From the NCBI RefSeq assembly GCF_009914755.1, contig NC_060947.1: 64,000 nucleotides of DNA; one strand, 5' to 3'. A program made the position numbers and the translations under genes. The notes under the pieces are model-generated. The model saw only the letters and a list, made by a program, of their open reading frames with translations. It did not search any database and was not told where the DNA came from. This stretch comes from the human T2T-CHM13v2.0 reference genome, Homo sapiens. Numbering within the stretch: position 1 is the stretch's first letter; every line of letters starts with the position of its first letter. Shown here in pieces: positions 1 to 17,278 of the stretch.

Positions 1-307
1 TACTCATACTCTGAGGAAATCCTCAAACATAAAAAGGAGGTTCTCATGCTGGACAGCCACAAAACATACTCAAGAAACTCTTCCAAAAATGGCAAACAAA
101 AACTGAAGTCCACTTCAGGAGATTATAATCGTTTTGATGATCTTGACTAGACTACATTGTGTGGGAATTTGTCTGTAAACTTGCAAAGAGAATTTCCTGG
201 GAAAAATTCTTCTGTACTTATGATTTAGTTTAGTCTATGGTTATAGCTCTTCTCATGTTGTCTATAATGTTTTCTTATAAATTATTTTCTAAATGTACTA
301 AAATAAA
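1..307 (+). other. Possible 3' end of a terminal exon or retrocopy (open frame running off the window edge, stop, AATAAA)
   Basis: Frame 1 is open 1-150 (YSYSEEILKHKKEVLMLDSHK...GDYNRFDDLD*) and frame 2 is open to 106; AATAAA at 302-307. No protein recognised. Confidence 0.25.
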
Positions 308-369
308 ATACAAGGACACAATATGAAATGCCAACCATTTAGATATATAGAGAGTAAAAAAGTGACAGT

Positions 370-1050
370 TTCTTAGACTTTTCCTGACTTCTAGCAACCA
401 TTTCTCTATGTAGTTACATAGAGAATATGTGTATACATCCACTAAATATATTTTGTATTTACAAAAATAGCATTACCTCAGGCTAGAGAATGGAAGATGA
501 AAAAAATAGCATTATCTTAAACATTTTACTCTGATTTCACCTAATTAGAAAGCAAAGTCACCTTTCTATGTTATTATGGAGACAACACATTTTTAAGGGC
601 TTTATTATAGTCTATTGTATGGGTTATAATACACTTAGCCAATAGTGTCTTGATGGACACTTAGATTTCCAATTTCCTGACATTACATACTATAATGCAA
701 TGAATATTCCTGTACTCATATTTCCGTGTTCTTAATCTACTCGATAATTAGAGGCTGTGATGGTATGTTAAGTTTTACAATTCTATTTCTGTCCATTTCT
801 CTTTTATTTTTAACATCATCATCATATGCTGAATGAATTTTGATGTTACCTTTTAGTGCATAAATTGCATGACTAAAATATCTTCATTGTTTGTTTTTAA
901 TCAGTATAAACTTATTTTGCCCCATTAAATTTTTGTTCTTAAATTATACTTTATCTGACACCAGTATTGACATCAGTCTTAATTTTGAATGTGATCGTCA
1001 TATGTATATTCAGTCATCCATTTATTTTTGTCATTTCTAGATGGTCAAGC
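370..1050 (-). mobile_element. Highly decayed old L1M (L1ME-like) 3' fragment
   Basis: Motifs such as gatggacacttagatttccaattt and aatgcaatgaatattcctgtac resemble the antisense L1M 3' region; boundaries approximate. Confidence 0.45.
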
Positions 1051-3499
1051 TTTAGGAATATCTCCAACACATGTTTGGATGGGCCATCCCCTTGGTTCTG
1101 TATGAGAATTCTCCTCCTCCATCATCTTGTTTCCCTTTGCATTGAAAGGAAAGATCAGGTGAGTATAACAGCACCCTTCTCAAAAGAAATCTGTAAGGAG
1201 TAGACATGTCACTTCTCAATATTTAGATATGCCAAAATAAAAGATTTTAAAAATCAGTTGGCCAAATAATTGGAAGAAATAACAGTAACATAGATTGAAT
1301 CTAATCGGGCTTGGTGCTTTAATAATTCCTTTCCTTCCCACAGGTGAGGTCACAGATGCCTCACAAAAGGCTACTGCTTCTATATTGTAACACATAAAGG
1401 TAATATTTCCTGGAATTATCCTCCTATCCGATGTCTCAGAATGGTTCTTCCATCTTGGCAGCCTTCTGATTGCAGTCATATTGCTTAACTCCTGCTTTTT
1501 ACCTCTTTTCCCTGCTCTTTTGACGAGGCTCTTTATATGAATTCTTCAGTTCTTCAAACCAGCTTTGTTACCATGGCTCCAGGATTTGCAGGCCATAGGC
1601 TAGACCTACCCTTGCCCCATGCCAAGCCACAGCTTAAAGGAGGCTCCTTGGATCTATGATCTTCAGCATAAAGATTATCCAAGGTAGCAAAAATTCTGAA
1701 GTTTATATATGTATGCAAGAGATTTGAAAAAGGAAATAACTATTTGTCTCTCCTGCTTTCTGATCCAGGCAGGACTAATACTAACTATGCCACTAGACTA
1801 GAATACAAAAATGGCTCCTCTACCCACTTGGGACCTAGAACATACGAAGGTTCATATTTAGCCATTATTCAGTACTATTCCTAAACTTCTCCATCATCTG
1901 GATGCTATTTTATAATTTGTGAGCATTTTTGGCTCCTTTGATAGGCTGAAAGTGCCTGCGTCATATCCCTCTTTCTATTCCTTATGTGACCTAGTAGTGT
2001 TTTACATATATAGGCACTCAATAATTGTGTAAAATAAAGAAGAAAATAATAAAACAAATTGTGGGAAAAGAGAAAGAGAACTAATAGTAGTGGTAAAGAT
2101 GACTTCAGGAATTGTGTTTACATAAAATTGGGATGTGGTAAATTGAATGAAGACTTGTCTAGGTTGGTTGGGTTTTGTAGTAATAGAAAAAAGTAATTAT
2201 ACATATCTGCAATATGCTTGTAACCTTAGTTACTTTAGACTCTACCAATGAGGTGGCACGGAATGTGTGGCCTAAGAGAGTCACAATAATAGTAAAATCT
2301 AATCAGTCTCCCAGCCTCTAACAGCTGAGTCTCTGGAATCCAATCCTCCTTCCAATCCCTCTATTCCGGTTCAAGAGGGTGGGACAGGTTCAAAGAGGAA
2401 CTCACATGGTTTATGAATAGCTAGTGATCATTTTCCTCTTCCTATGGCCTTTGTGATCTCTGCCTTTCCTGCTCCAGACCTGTTCCCTAATGGCAACTAC
2501 TGCTTCCATAATACCTCTGGATGTCAGCCACAATGTTGTAGCCTTGGCTGCCTTTCCATTCCATTTCAGTACTCCTTTCTGCTCTTATTTGTATATCAAT
2601 GTATTTCTAAGCCACTAATAGTACTGCCTTGTGCTTTCAAGTTCTTAGGATCACTCTAATGCTAAAACTCTTTCATTTGACCTATTATCTGTCATAGCCC
2701 TGCACCAACATCCTGACCCTCAGCATCCAACACAGCACAGATCCATATGTGCTTTCCTAAACCACCATTTACCCCTCTAACACAGATCACATTTTTCTGA
2801 TCAAACTAGTTTACTTCACCAACATGCCACCTCAAAGCTAGTTTCTTCCCATCTATTCAACTGAATTCTTGTTCAAGGGAGGGTTCTTATTCTTCCAAAA
2901 CTTGGGGAGATGTCTTAGTGCTGTGGGCGGATATCAATTTCAATTTATCCAGTATTATAGCTCACATCAGAGTCCTCAACCCCCCATATAAATAAACCCC
3001 TGATGTGTTTTCCCTGTTGGGCATCTAGATATGCCTGGACATGTTGGAATCCACAGTGGGTACTACCACAACTTAGCCTCTCACTCTAGGACTCCTGCCA
3101 TACTTGAATAGCTTTTATAATTAAAAAATAACAAACAAACCTGTGAGAACAAAATGAGAGCAAGCATGCGAAAGTGCTTTGCAAATGCAGTGTATTATAA
3201 TAAGTTCCTTATTGTTTGTTTAGTAGAAATTCATGTCCATGAGGGAACTGAAGGCATCAAATTGGGAAGATTAAAAAACTAAAAGACTAGAATGATTAAC
3301 TGAGGGAGAAATCAAGTTGATAAACACATGGAAAGCAATTCAAAATCTATGCACAGAATAGAGTTTCTGTGGGCCTATTTGAATGCAAGACACACTTGTC
3401 AAATGAACAGATGCAAAAGTTGGAAGATGGTTCTGGAAAACTTAAAAAGTAGTAATACTTGGTCTATAGACTTTAGGCAACATGAACCTAAGTGAAGCT

Positions 3500-4100
3500 G
3501 TACAGTATGGAGTATTACAAAGCTTGACTCCAGAGGTCAACTGCTTGGTTTGAAATCTCAGTCTTACCACTTATGAGCTCTAGATGAATTTTGACAAATT
3601 ACTTAGTTTCTCATCTGTAATAAATTACAGATATATGTGTCATCTCCCCCATAGGTTGCTTTTTCTTCTTTTTTTTTTCTTTTCTGTTTTTTTTTTTTTT
3701 TTTTTGCAAGTACAGTGGTCCTTCAGTATCCATGGGGGATTGGTTCCAGGTCCTCTCTCAGATGCCAAAATCCATGCATGCTAAAGTCCGTTATATAAAA
3801 TGGTATAGTACTTATATATAATCTACATACATCCTCCTATATACTTCAAGTTATCTCTAGATTACTTATAATATCTAATACACTGTAAATGCTATGTAAA
3901 TAGCTATTTTACTGTATTGTTTAGTGAATAATGTCTGTACGCTACAGACACAACCATCCTTTTTTCCCAGTATTTTCCATCTGTGGTTGGTTGGATCCAA
4001 CCACAGATGCAGAATCATGGATACAGATTGCCAACTGTATTATATGAGTCAATACATATAAAACAATATCAGGTCAGGCACATAGCAAGTGCTCGATATA
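3500..4100 (+). mobile_element. MIR SINE interrupted by MER2
   Basis: MIR core (ggtttgaaatctcagtcttaccacttatgagct...ttagtttctcatctgtaa) resumes after 4040 (ggcacatagcaagtgctc). Confidence 0.65.
3713..4037 (+). mobile_element. MER2 (Tigger-derived MITE)
   Basis: ta|cagtggtccttcagtatccatgg ... catggatacagattgccaactg|ta: terminal inverted repeats with TA target duplication; matches recalled MER2. Confidence 0.8.
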
Positions 4101-4457
4101 AATAAATTTTACAACTCATCTACTCATGCCATTGTATTTCATAAAAACTAATTGAAGAGGACTATAGCTTACCTAAATTTTCAATAAAGCAGAAATTTAG
4201 GGACTTGTATTTTTCAGTTAAATAGTTTGGTGAATGTTACCTGTAATTGAATTGAAAATTACTTTTTTTCTTTAGGTTTAAGCAAAAGTTAGAGAGTAGT
4301 CCAGAATATTCAAGTGGCTTAAACAATGCACATTATACACAACTAGGTCATTCATCCTTTTGCTCACAATATGGGCAAAAGGACACACTATCACAGAATA
4401 AGATCAAGAAATAACAGTTGATATTAAAATGATTAAAAATCTCATTTACCCAAAATG

Positions 4458-4820
4458 ACTGCTATAAATGGAGATTACTCTCACAATTGCTATAGAAAAC
4501 TATTAATATTCATGTGCACATACAGTTTTATTTACAAATACCAGATAGTTTACAGTGTACTTCATTTTAAACAACTGCCATAAATGAAAATCACTTTTGT
4601 TACTACTATAGAGAGCTGCATTAATAATCATATGTAGATACAGTTGAAGTTCTGAATATTAGTGAGTGTAACAAGTAATTTGTCCTAAAGTACATCCTTA
4701 TAAAAGGAAATTACTTTCACAACCATTTGAGAGCTTACTTACCTAATCAAACATAGATACAGTTTTTGTTACTAATATTAGTTTATTGTGTAATATTTGA
4801 AAGTAATTGTACTCTAAAAA
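4458..4820. repeat. Degenerate ~118-bp tandem repeat, three copies
   Basis: Units start at 4458, 4574 and 4694 (actgctataaatg / actgccataaatg / atccttataaaag); ATACAGTT recurs at 4520, 4638 and 4757. Confidence 0.7.
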
Positions 4821-5324
4821 CATTTATTTTTGACAATTTTTGAAAACCAAATGCTTAACATAAGCCACAAAATGTTTGCACCATAACAAGACTTTCAAAA
4901 TGCTGTTTACTAAAACATGAATTTGAAGCAATAATTTTTTTTTAATGATCAGATACCAGCAATGCTTTTATTCTCTCCCAGAAAGGCATGGGGGTGAGTC
5001 AATAACATTTCCATTGGTCTAAAAGCAGGGCTGTCTGCCAGAATCTGGACTCATAAGCAGCCTGTTGGCCATATTTAGCAGAGGAGCCTGCAGTTGATTA
5101 GCTATGCTCTGATGATAAATATCCTATCATTGCCATCAAGGAAAATCACTACAGTAGAGAGAACTTGTAAGACTATACTGTAATTCATGTTAACCAAGCT
5201 AGAATATGTACATGTGAAAACCCTTAATATGAAGATCTGGTTTAGTGACATATATCCTCATGGAATTTCGTTAATAGCTGATCCTCACTGCAGTTAACTC
5301 AGCCATTTTGAGGGTGATTATCCA

Positions 5325-5600
5325 GTTTCTGGGTTATCCATGTCCTGCATTTTCTCCTACCACTTCCTTTGGCTGACATCCCTTTGACCATTTCACTGTT
5401 CATTAGCACCTACAAAGGATAACTGAAAGCAGATGAATGCAAGCCACTCAATTATGCTTCTCATTAGCAGCTCTATGGAAGGGTTCTGTCCAGGAGGTGG
5501 TTGCGACTATTAGGTAAAATTAGGTTTCTGGATTATCAGCAGGTTTCAATTATCCACGTTGTTTCTGTCCCTCATGACCCTGCATAATCCAGAGTTGGCC
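5325..5600. mobile_element. Possible ancient Tigger-like DNA transposon fragment
   Basis: Repeated gattatcc/ttatcca/gcataatcc motifs typical of old Tigger subterminal regions. Confidence 0.3.
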
Positions 5601-6237
5601 ACATATACATTATTTGCCTTGCCATATGGAGAAAAGAGTGGGTCTTTAATAGGAAAATTAAAGATACTGGCTCTCTGTTATGCTGTTTCTGTTGAGAATT
5701 TTCTCCCTAGTTCCTCTATTGCATAGCTAACTAAAAAGTACATGAGGCTCTGAGAATCCACATTAATTATTCATTTAATTATTATTGTAATCGGTAAAAC
5801 CCTGAAAGTAATCTTATGGACATGTGGATATTTCACCACATTTCTCACATTTGAAGAGTTTTATGTGAGAGTTTAAAATACTTATTTTGGCAACTCATTA
5901 CTTATACAAATCTCAATAAGAAATATTGTTGTCAGGAAGTGCCAGTAATAATGCTGTTGGAAGTTTATTCTGTGATGCATGAACAAGGGTGAGTCTCCAG
6001 GGAAAATAAGACTTGTATATCTTTCTAAATCGTGAAATCCTTTAGTCTATTGTAATCTTTGTTGTTCCATGCATTCAAACATTTGTATTATAACAGTATT
6101 AACATTTTAGAAAATAGGGATAATTATAATCCCACCAGTCATAATCAGTTTCTATTTTGTGTTATATGCTTGTAGAACTTTTCTGTTCATAAACAGATTA
6201 ACCCATCACCCTCCAAGAGGGGTCACATGTAATGCTG

Positions 6238-6646
<409 letters not shown>

Positions 6647-7336
6647 TGTAATGCTGTTCTCTAACTTCTTTTTTTTCTGTCAATATGATGAAAAAAATGT
6701 AGGTAGGTTTTTTGTGCTAATATATACACTTCTACAACATCCTTTCAATTGACTCTCTAGTATTCCATTGTATGAGCGTGCCATAATTTACTTAAATACT
6801 TTAGGCTTGGCTATCTAAATTGTTTCCAATTTGAGTTACAATAGCCACGAGAAACACTCTAGGATATAAACCTGCACATTCTTAATATTCTTGTTCAAAG
6901 GATATGGATGTGTCACCAAGCACATTTTTTGCTTGCCAAATGCCATCCCTAATTTTAGCCATACTGAGATTGTACAGATTTGTTATGAGTGAAAACAGCA
7001 ACATACTTCTTATGATTTAACACTCAGGATACAGTGTAACTTCTGAAAGGGGTTTAGTTTAATATGGTACAGCTAATTGTCACACTGATCTTGTTTTCAT
7101 TATAATTTCTATTTTATGCACATATAGATATTTAATCTTTACAGTTTACTGATATCAATTTAAGAGGACAGTTTGGCACCAAGAATACTTAATTTCTCTC
7201 AGTGAATTATCACAATAAAACCCTAACTGAATTTATTTTAATGAGCACAATCTACAATGATAATTTTATTATTTCTTCGATATACCATTTGCACAGCTTT
7301 CTGTATGTCAATTACAACTCAAGTGTTCTTTTTTTA

Positions 7337-7745
<409 letters not shown>

Positions 7746-7926
7746 CTATTTGGTCTTCTTTCTTGTTTATGCCTCGGGCCTGCCAGTGGCAGTCAGTGAC
7801 ACCCACATGCATTCCTTCACCCCAAAAGTTTGATTGAAACTGCCATAGTCAGAAATGAATTATTGACCTGCAAGGAATTAGACATGGTGAGTCAACTGGT
7901 TATTTTCTTAGAAATATGTCCAATTC

Positions 7927-8232
<306 letters not shown>

Positions 8233-11079
8233 AGAAATATGTCCAATTCTAGTCAGAACCAGTGTTATTTGGCTTAAATCCTTCCATCACTGATCTGTAA
8301 GATGTCCAAATATCTAAGATGATTCTGGGTTCCCTTGATTTCTCAATTCTGAGACGTTGGCTTACTGTGGAACAATGCTTTAGGCTATCCCTGGTGGTCT
8401 CAAGCAAAATGGAATTTCTTTATCTACTGAACAGCCTGACTGTTCAGGTAAGAGGAATTTAATTGACTTACCTATTTAGGAGATTCTGCTTTGAGATGAG
8501 CTATGGAAAAATATAGCTCCAATAGGAACTTTTCACTTTTCTCTCCTCAAAACTCTGTTTTTCTCCTAGTCCAGCCATGCTCATGGGGGTTTTAAGCGGA
8601 TTAATTAGTGCTTAAAAAGTACCTTTATAAATGAAAAGCAGCTAAGTACAAAGATAATCTTTTAAACTCTAGATGTTTGCCTTTTTTATTCATATTACAG
8701 TTCTAATTTCATACTTTTTCCATAATGTCACCAGATTGTAGGTGAGGTCCCAAAACAGACAGTTACTAGGACTAAAACTGTTGTATGACCCAATATGCAA
8801 AATAGTTCTGGGAAAAGAATGCCGAAATTGACTTGATTGTAGCAACGGCCTATTCTTTTAAAAGCATTCTTGTTTATTCGATGTCATAACAGTTTTTCAG
8901 GGATTTGGAAATGAGAAAACTTGTATTTGGTGTAGTGCAAAAAAGCTATTTATGTAACAGTCATCACAGATTAGCTGTAATGCCATAAGAAAGTTTGTTT
9001 CAAAACTCAGCCTTGGAATTTGAGTTTAGCAATAGGTCAGATTAATTTTCATGAAAATCTTGGTATTGTAAGTCCTCGTTCTCCTTCCTTAAACTTTTCA
9101 TTACATTTTTCACAAATAAAGCTTGGTGGGTTTTTTCAAGACATTTCTCTTCCCAGACTGATTAAAAAAAATTCATTTGGATTTATAACCAAGTGTCTAG
9201 GTGAGAAACAAATCAAAATATTAAACCTACAGGCAATGCAGCAATACCATTGCATTGTAATGATTTTCTATTCTATTTCACCTTTCCCAAGTATCTTGCA
9301 AAAAAAAAAAAAAAGCAAAAGCTATAATAATAATATGAGCTGAAGCTACCAAGTTCTGAAATAGGCAGGTTACTGAAAGGTGGCTCAGAGAGTATGTGGG
9401 TGTATCATTGTTTCTAACTTTGAACAAGTTTCAACTTTTGTAGCTACTCTATAATTAGTACACAGACTATAATAAAGGAAGATTTGTTTGCTGCATCTAC
9501 CTGAACAGAATGAGGATCTACTGTTGTCCATAATAAAGATAATGATTACTTAATAGTCTTCTCAGCTAGCTCTATGCATTACAATATTAAGGAAGCCAAA
9601 AATTTAACTGCTCTGTCATATGAATGTATTAATTTTGTAAACATTTTTCTTTGGAGATAATCTTTTGTCCTTTTAGGAATTCTATCAGTATAGTCTCTGA
9701 AAAATCAAGTGAAGAAAATTGATATAAGCAAATGAAAATATATACATATATTATTCTGATGTAGATATCTAATGAGTTGAACATTTATTCTGTAAAGTGT
9801 CTTATGAATATATGTCTTCAGTAATAAATATGTCAGATGCATTTAGTCAGTTAAAGGAATAAGAGTGAATATATGAGAAGAGCTGGAATGCTTGGCAAAC
9901 TATTTTTTAAGGAAAAATAGAGAATAATTATCTATGATATTCAATAGGTAAACTAAATGGCTACCCTCTAGGGAAAAAAAGCATTTACTTCTATAAAAAC
10001 AATAGAATTCTCACATTCTTTGGTGATTATATATTAAATTCAGTATCTAAAGGGTGAGCATGTGCCACTTTAGCTGCGGCTTATAAAGTATTTAAGAGGT
10101 GGAAAGCTAACAGTAAAAATAACTGACCAACTTTCAGTGTGTACAAAAGGTTAACAGGGCGATGGTATAGCCCTATGTTTGACTGGTGGTGTTGCAGTTT
10201 CATCAATTTATTAACAACTAGAAGAGGGATGAGCATAAGACCGAGTTGAAATGAGGCGGGAATTATAAAACACTCCTGGGGAACTGAGCAAATGTTATCA
10301 TTGGGCAACAGATGAACAATGACAGATATAATTTAATATCTCTGTGTACAAGTCAATGCACGTTGGAAAAAATTAAACTGCTGCATACTCTGAAAGGTTC
10401 TGAATTAGCACATCTTGAGGGAGGTAAAAACAAAACAAAACAACAACAACAGCCTTAAATGCTGACCACAGACAGCTCAGTGAGATTGTCTGCTCAATGT
10501 TCAGCTGTGGTCAAATACCAAGCAAAGTATTAAAACTGCCATGACACAAGTGAAGAATTATTCAAAAGATATAATGATATACCACATACATCATACATCT
10601 AAGCTTTGTGATCACAACACACACACACACACACAATACATACATATATGCATAAAAGTAGTCATTTGGCCTTGTTTAGAGCAAACAAATGTTTTTCAAC
10701 TTTATTTTCATGTCATGAAATACAATTAAGGATATAGATAATATTTCACTGTCGCTTAGTGTCACAAAATAAAACAGGAAAAGAAAATATACAAAACCAC
10801 AGTTGTTTGTCATAAGTAGATAAGGAAGAGAATATCTAATCATAATGGAAGGCTCTACAAGATAGTGGCTATGAGCATGGGCTTTGACATCAGACACACC
10901 TAAATTCCAATCCCAACTCATCTATCAAAAAGCAATCCCTGCCTCATGAGATTAACCCATTGTGTAGTAGGTAGTAAGTTTTCCCCATGAGTTTAAAATA
11001 ATATAAATTTCTTGCCATATGTATTCTGATAGTTTTTATAGAACTCAGTAGGTTCTGTTGGATTGCTTATAAGTTTCTT

Positions 11080-11699
11080 TAATAAATGTTTGTGCCAAAA
11101 TAAAACATGCATCTTAAAAGTACACAAATCACAAGCATACAGCTCGATGAAATTTCACAGAATGAAAACATCTTGTAACCATCGCCCAACGCAAGAAATA
11201 GAGTTACTCAAACTCAAAAAGCCTCCCTCATTCCCCTTCCAACTCATTATTCCCCCTGCTTTCCCAAGGTTTTCACTATTTATCACAGATAAGTTTTGTG
11301 GTTCTGAACTTTATATAAATGTAAAAAGAGTATGTAGCCTTATATGTCCAACAGCTTTCACTTAACATGGTGTTTGTGAGATTCATCCATGTTGTTGCCC
11401 ATGGTAGTAGTTTGTTCATTTTCATAGCTAAGTATTCAAGTTGTCTGAATATACCTCAGTTTATGTATCTGTTCTGTGTAAATAAATATTTTATTTTTTC
11501 TGGCTCTGGTATAATGCTTCTGAGATGCCCAAGTTTCTTGGTGAATATATGTACTCATTTTGTGAGATTTGGAATTACTGGGTCATAATTATTTAGCATA
11601 TATTTAGATTTAATCAAAACAGACAAGTAGTTTTCCAAAGTGGTTTTACCCGTTTACACTTCCACCAGTACTGTGTAAGAATTCCAGTTACTTTAAATC
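11080..11699 (-). mobile_element. Old L1M (L1MC/ME-like) 3' fragment
   Basis: Antisense L1M motifs (gagattcatccatgttgttg, ttttccaaagtggttttacc...ttacacttccaccag). Confidence 0.7.
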
Positions 11700-12748
11700 T
11701 GTGATGGTTGATTTTAGGTGTTAACTTGATTGAATTAAGGAATATCTAGAGAACTGGTAAAGCATTATTTTGGAGTGAGTCTGTGAGGGTGTTTCCAGAG
11801 GAAATTGGTGTGAGTCTACATGCACTAAATGGGAAAGATCTGCCTTCAATGTGGGTAGGCACCATCCAATGGGCTGGAGGCCTAGTATATTAGTCCATTC
11901 TCATGCTGCTAATAAAGACATACCCGAGACTGGGTAATTTGTAAAAGAAAGAGGTTTAATTGACTCACAGTTCAGCATGGCTTGGGAGGCCTCAGGAAAC
12001 TTACAATCATGGTGAAAGTGGAAGCAAACACGTCCTTCCTCACATGGCAGCAGCAAGGAGAAGTGCTGAGCAAAAGGGGGAAAGTCCCTTATAAAACCAT
12101 CAGATGTCATGAGAACTCACTCACTATCATAAGAACAGCATGAGGGTAACTGTCCCATGATTAAATTACCTCCCACCAGGTCCCTCCCATGACATATGGG
12201 GATTATGGGAACTACAATTCAAGATGAGATTTGAGTGGGGACACAGCCAAACCATATCACTTGGATAGAACAAAAAGAGAGGAAAAGCAAATTGATCTCT
12301 CTCTCTCAATCCTGGATCTGGAATACACTCTCTTCTTCCCCTGTCCTTGGACATCAGAACTCCAAGCCCTTTGGCCTTTGAACTACAAGACTTACACCTG
12401 AGTTCTCATTCTTCAGACTTGGACTCAGCCATGCTACCAGCATCCCAGGGTCTTCAGCTCTCAGATGGCCTGTCATGGAACTTCTCAGCTTCCATAACCC
12501 TGTGAGCTGATTTGACTAACAAATCCCCACTCATATCTGTCTCTCTCTCTCTCTCTCGATATATATATATATATATCTCTCTCAAGAGACACAGAGAGAG
12601 AAATACATATAGATATATAGAGACAATAAAATGTATATATATATATTTATATATAGAGAAAATAATATGTATATATATAATAGGTAGATGTATATGTATG
12701 TATATATATTTTATTGGTTCTGTCTTATTAGAGAACCCTAATATAACA
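11700..12748 (+). mobile_element. MLT2 (ERVL) solo LTR interrupted by THE1C
   Basis: Begins tgtgatggttgattttaggtgttaacttga and ends ttggttctgtcttattagagaaccctaatataaca; typical CT/TA simple repeat near the 3' end. Confidence 0.8.
11886..12259 (-). mobile_element. THE1C-like MaLR solo LTR
   Basis: 374 bp; reverse complement starts TGATATGGTTTGGCTGTGTCCCC; degenerate 5-bp TSD cctag/cttgg. Confidence 0.85.
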
Positions 12749-12800
12749 TCCTAATCGACACTTAATTTGGAAAGTTTTTTTTAAAAAATTTCATCATTCT

Positions 12801-13745
12801 GGGAGAAAATATTTGAAACTATGCATCTGACAGGGGATTAATATCCAGAATTTACAAGAAACTCAAACAATTCAACAATAAAAAGTAATCCCTTAAAAAG
12901 TGGGAAAAGGATATGAATAGACATTTTTCAAAGAATACATACAACTGGCATATGAAAAAAATGCTCAACATGATTAATCATCAGAAAAATGCAAATTTAA
13001 ACCACAATGAGATATTATCTTACACCAGTCAGAATGGCTATTATTACAAAGATAAAAAATAACTTGTTGCCACAGATGTGAAGAAAAGGAAACTCACATA
13101 CTGTTGGTAGGAATGTAAAGTAGCACAACCTCTATGAAAACACAGTATGGAGATTTCTAAAAGAAGTAAAAATAGATGTAGCAATTTGATGTAGCAATCC
13201 CACTACTGAGTATCTATCCAAAGTTAAATAAATTATATAAATATATATATAAATTATATCAAAAAGATTCCTGCACACATATGTTCATCACAACACTATT
13301 CACAATAGTGATGATATGGAATCAACCTAAGTATTAACCAACAGAAGACTGGATAAAGAAAATGTGTCATATATACAAAATGGAGTACTATTCAACCATA
13401 AAAAAGAATGAAATCATGTCATTCGCAGCAATGTGGACGGACCTGGTGGCCATTATCTTAAGTGAAACAAGTCAGACACAGAAAGACAAATATCACATGT
13501 TCTTATAAGTAGGAGCAAAATAATGTGTACACATGGACTTAGAGTGTGGAATAATAAACAAATGGAGACTCTGAAGAGTGAGTGGGGTAGGAAAGGGGTG
13601 GATAATGAGAGATTACTTAATGCATACAACGTGCGTTATTTGGTGATGGCTAACCTAAAAGCCCTGACTTCACCACTAGGCAATTTATGCATGTAACACA
13701 ATTACACTTGTACCCTATAAATTTATACACTTAAAAAATAAATTA
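12801..13745 (+). mobile_element. 5'-truncated L1 (L1PB-like) 3' end
   Basis: ORF2 C-terminal region and L1PB-type 3'UTR (aaaagccctgacttcaccact...cacttgtaccc) with an A-rich tail. Confidence 0.85.
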
Positions 13746-13808
13746 TTTTAATTCCAGAAAGGAAAAGTGGAGCTTAAAAAACAATAAAAGGGAGTGCCCA
13801 TCCCACTT

Positions 13809-17193
<3,385 letters not shown>

Positions 17194-17195
17194 GA

Positions 17196-17278
17196 GGCCA
17201 GGTGTGGTTGCTCATGCCTGTAATCCCAGCACTTTGGGAGGCCGAGGTGGGCAGATCACGAGGTCAGGAGATAGAGAC
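17196..17278 (+). mobile_element. AluY-like element, 5' part (split by HERV-H)
   Basis: ggccaggtgtgg...caggagatagagac stops abruptly at the LTR; the continuation catcctggct resumes at 23714. Confidence 0.93.

Noticed and set aside
8250-10800. Hidden coding exons in the AT-rich unique region (ORFs at 9020 and 10081)
   Set aside because: No recognisable domains, non-ATG starts and composition typical of AT-rich noncoding DNA; conservation cannot be judged from sequence alone.
13786-13797. TSD of the SKP2 retrocopy (aaaagggagtgc versus aaaagaattgc at ~23937)
   Set aside because: Too degenerate to call with confidence.
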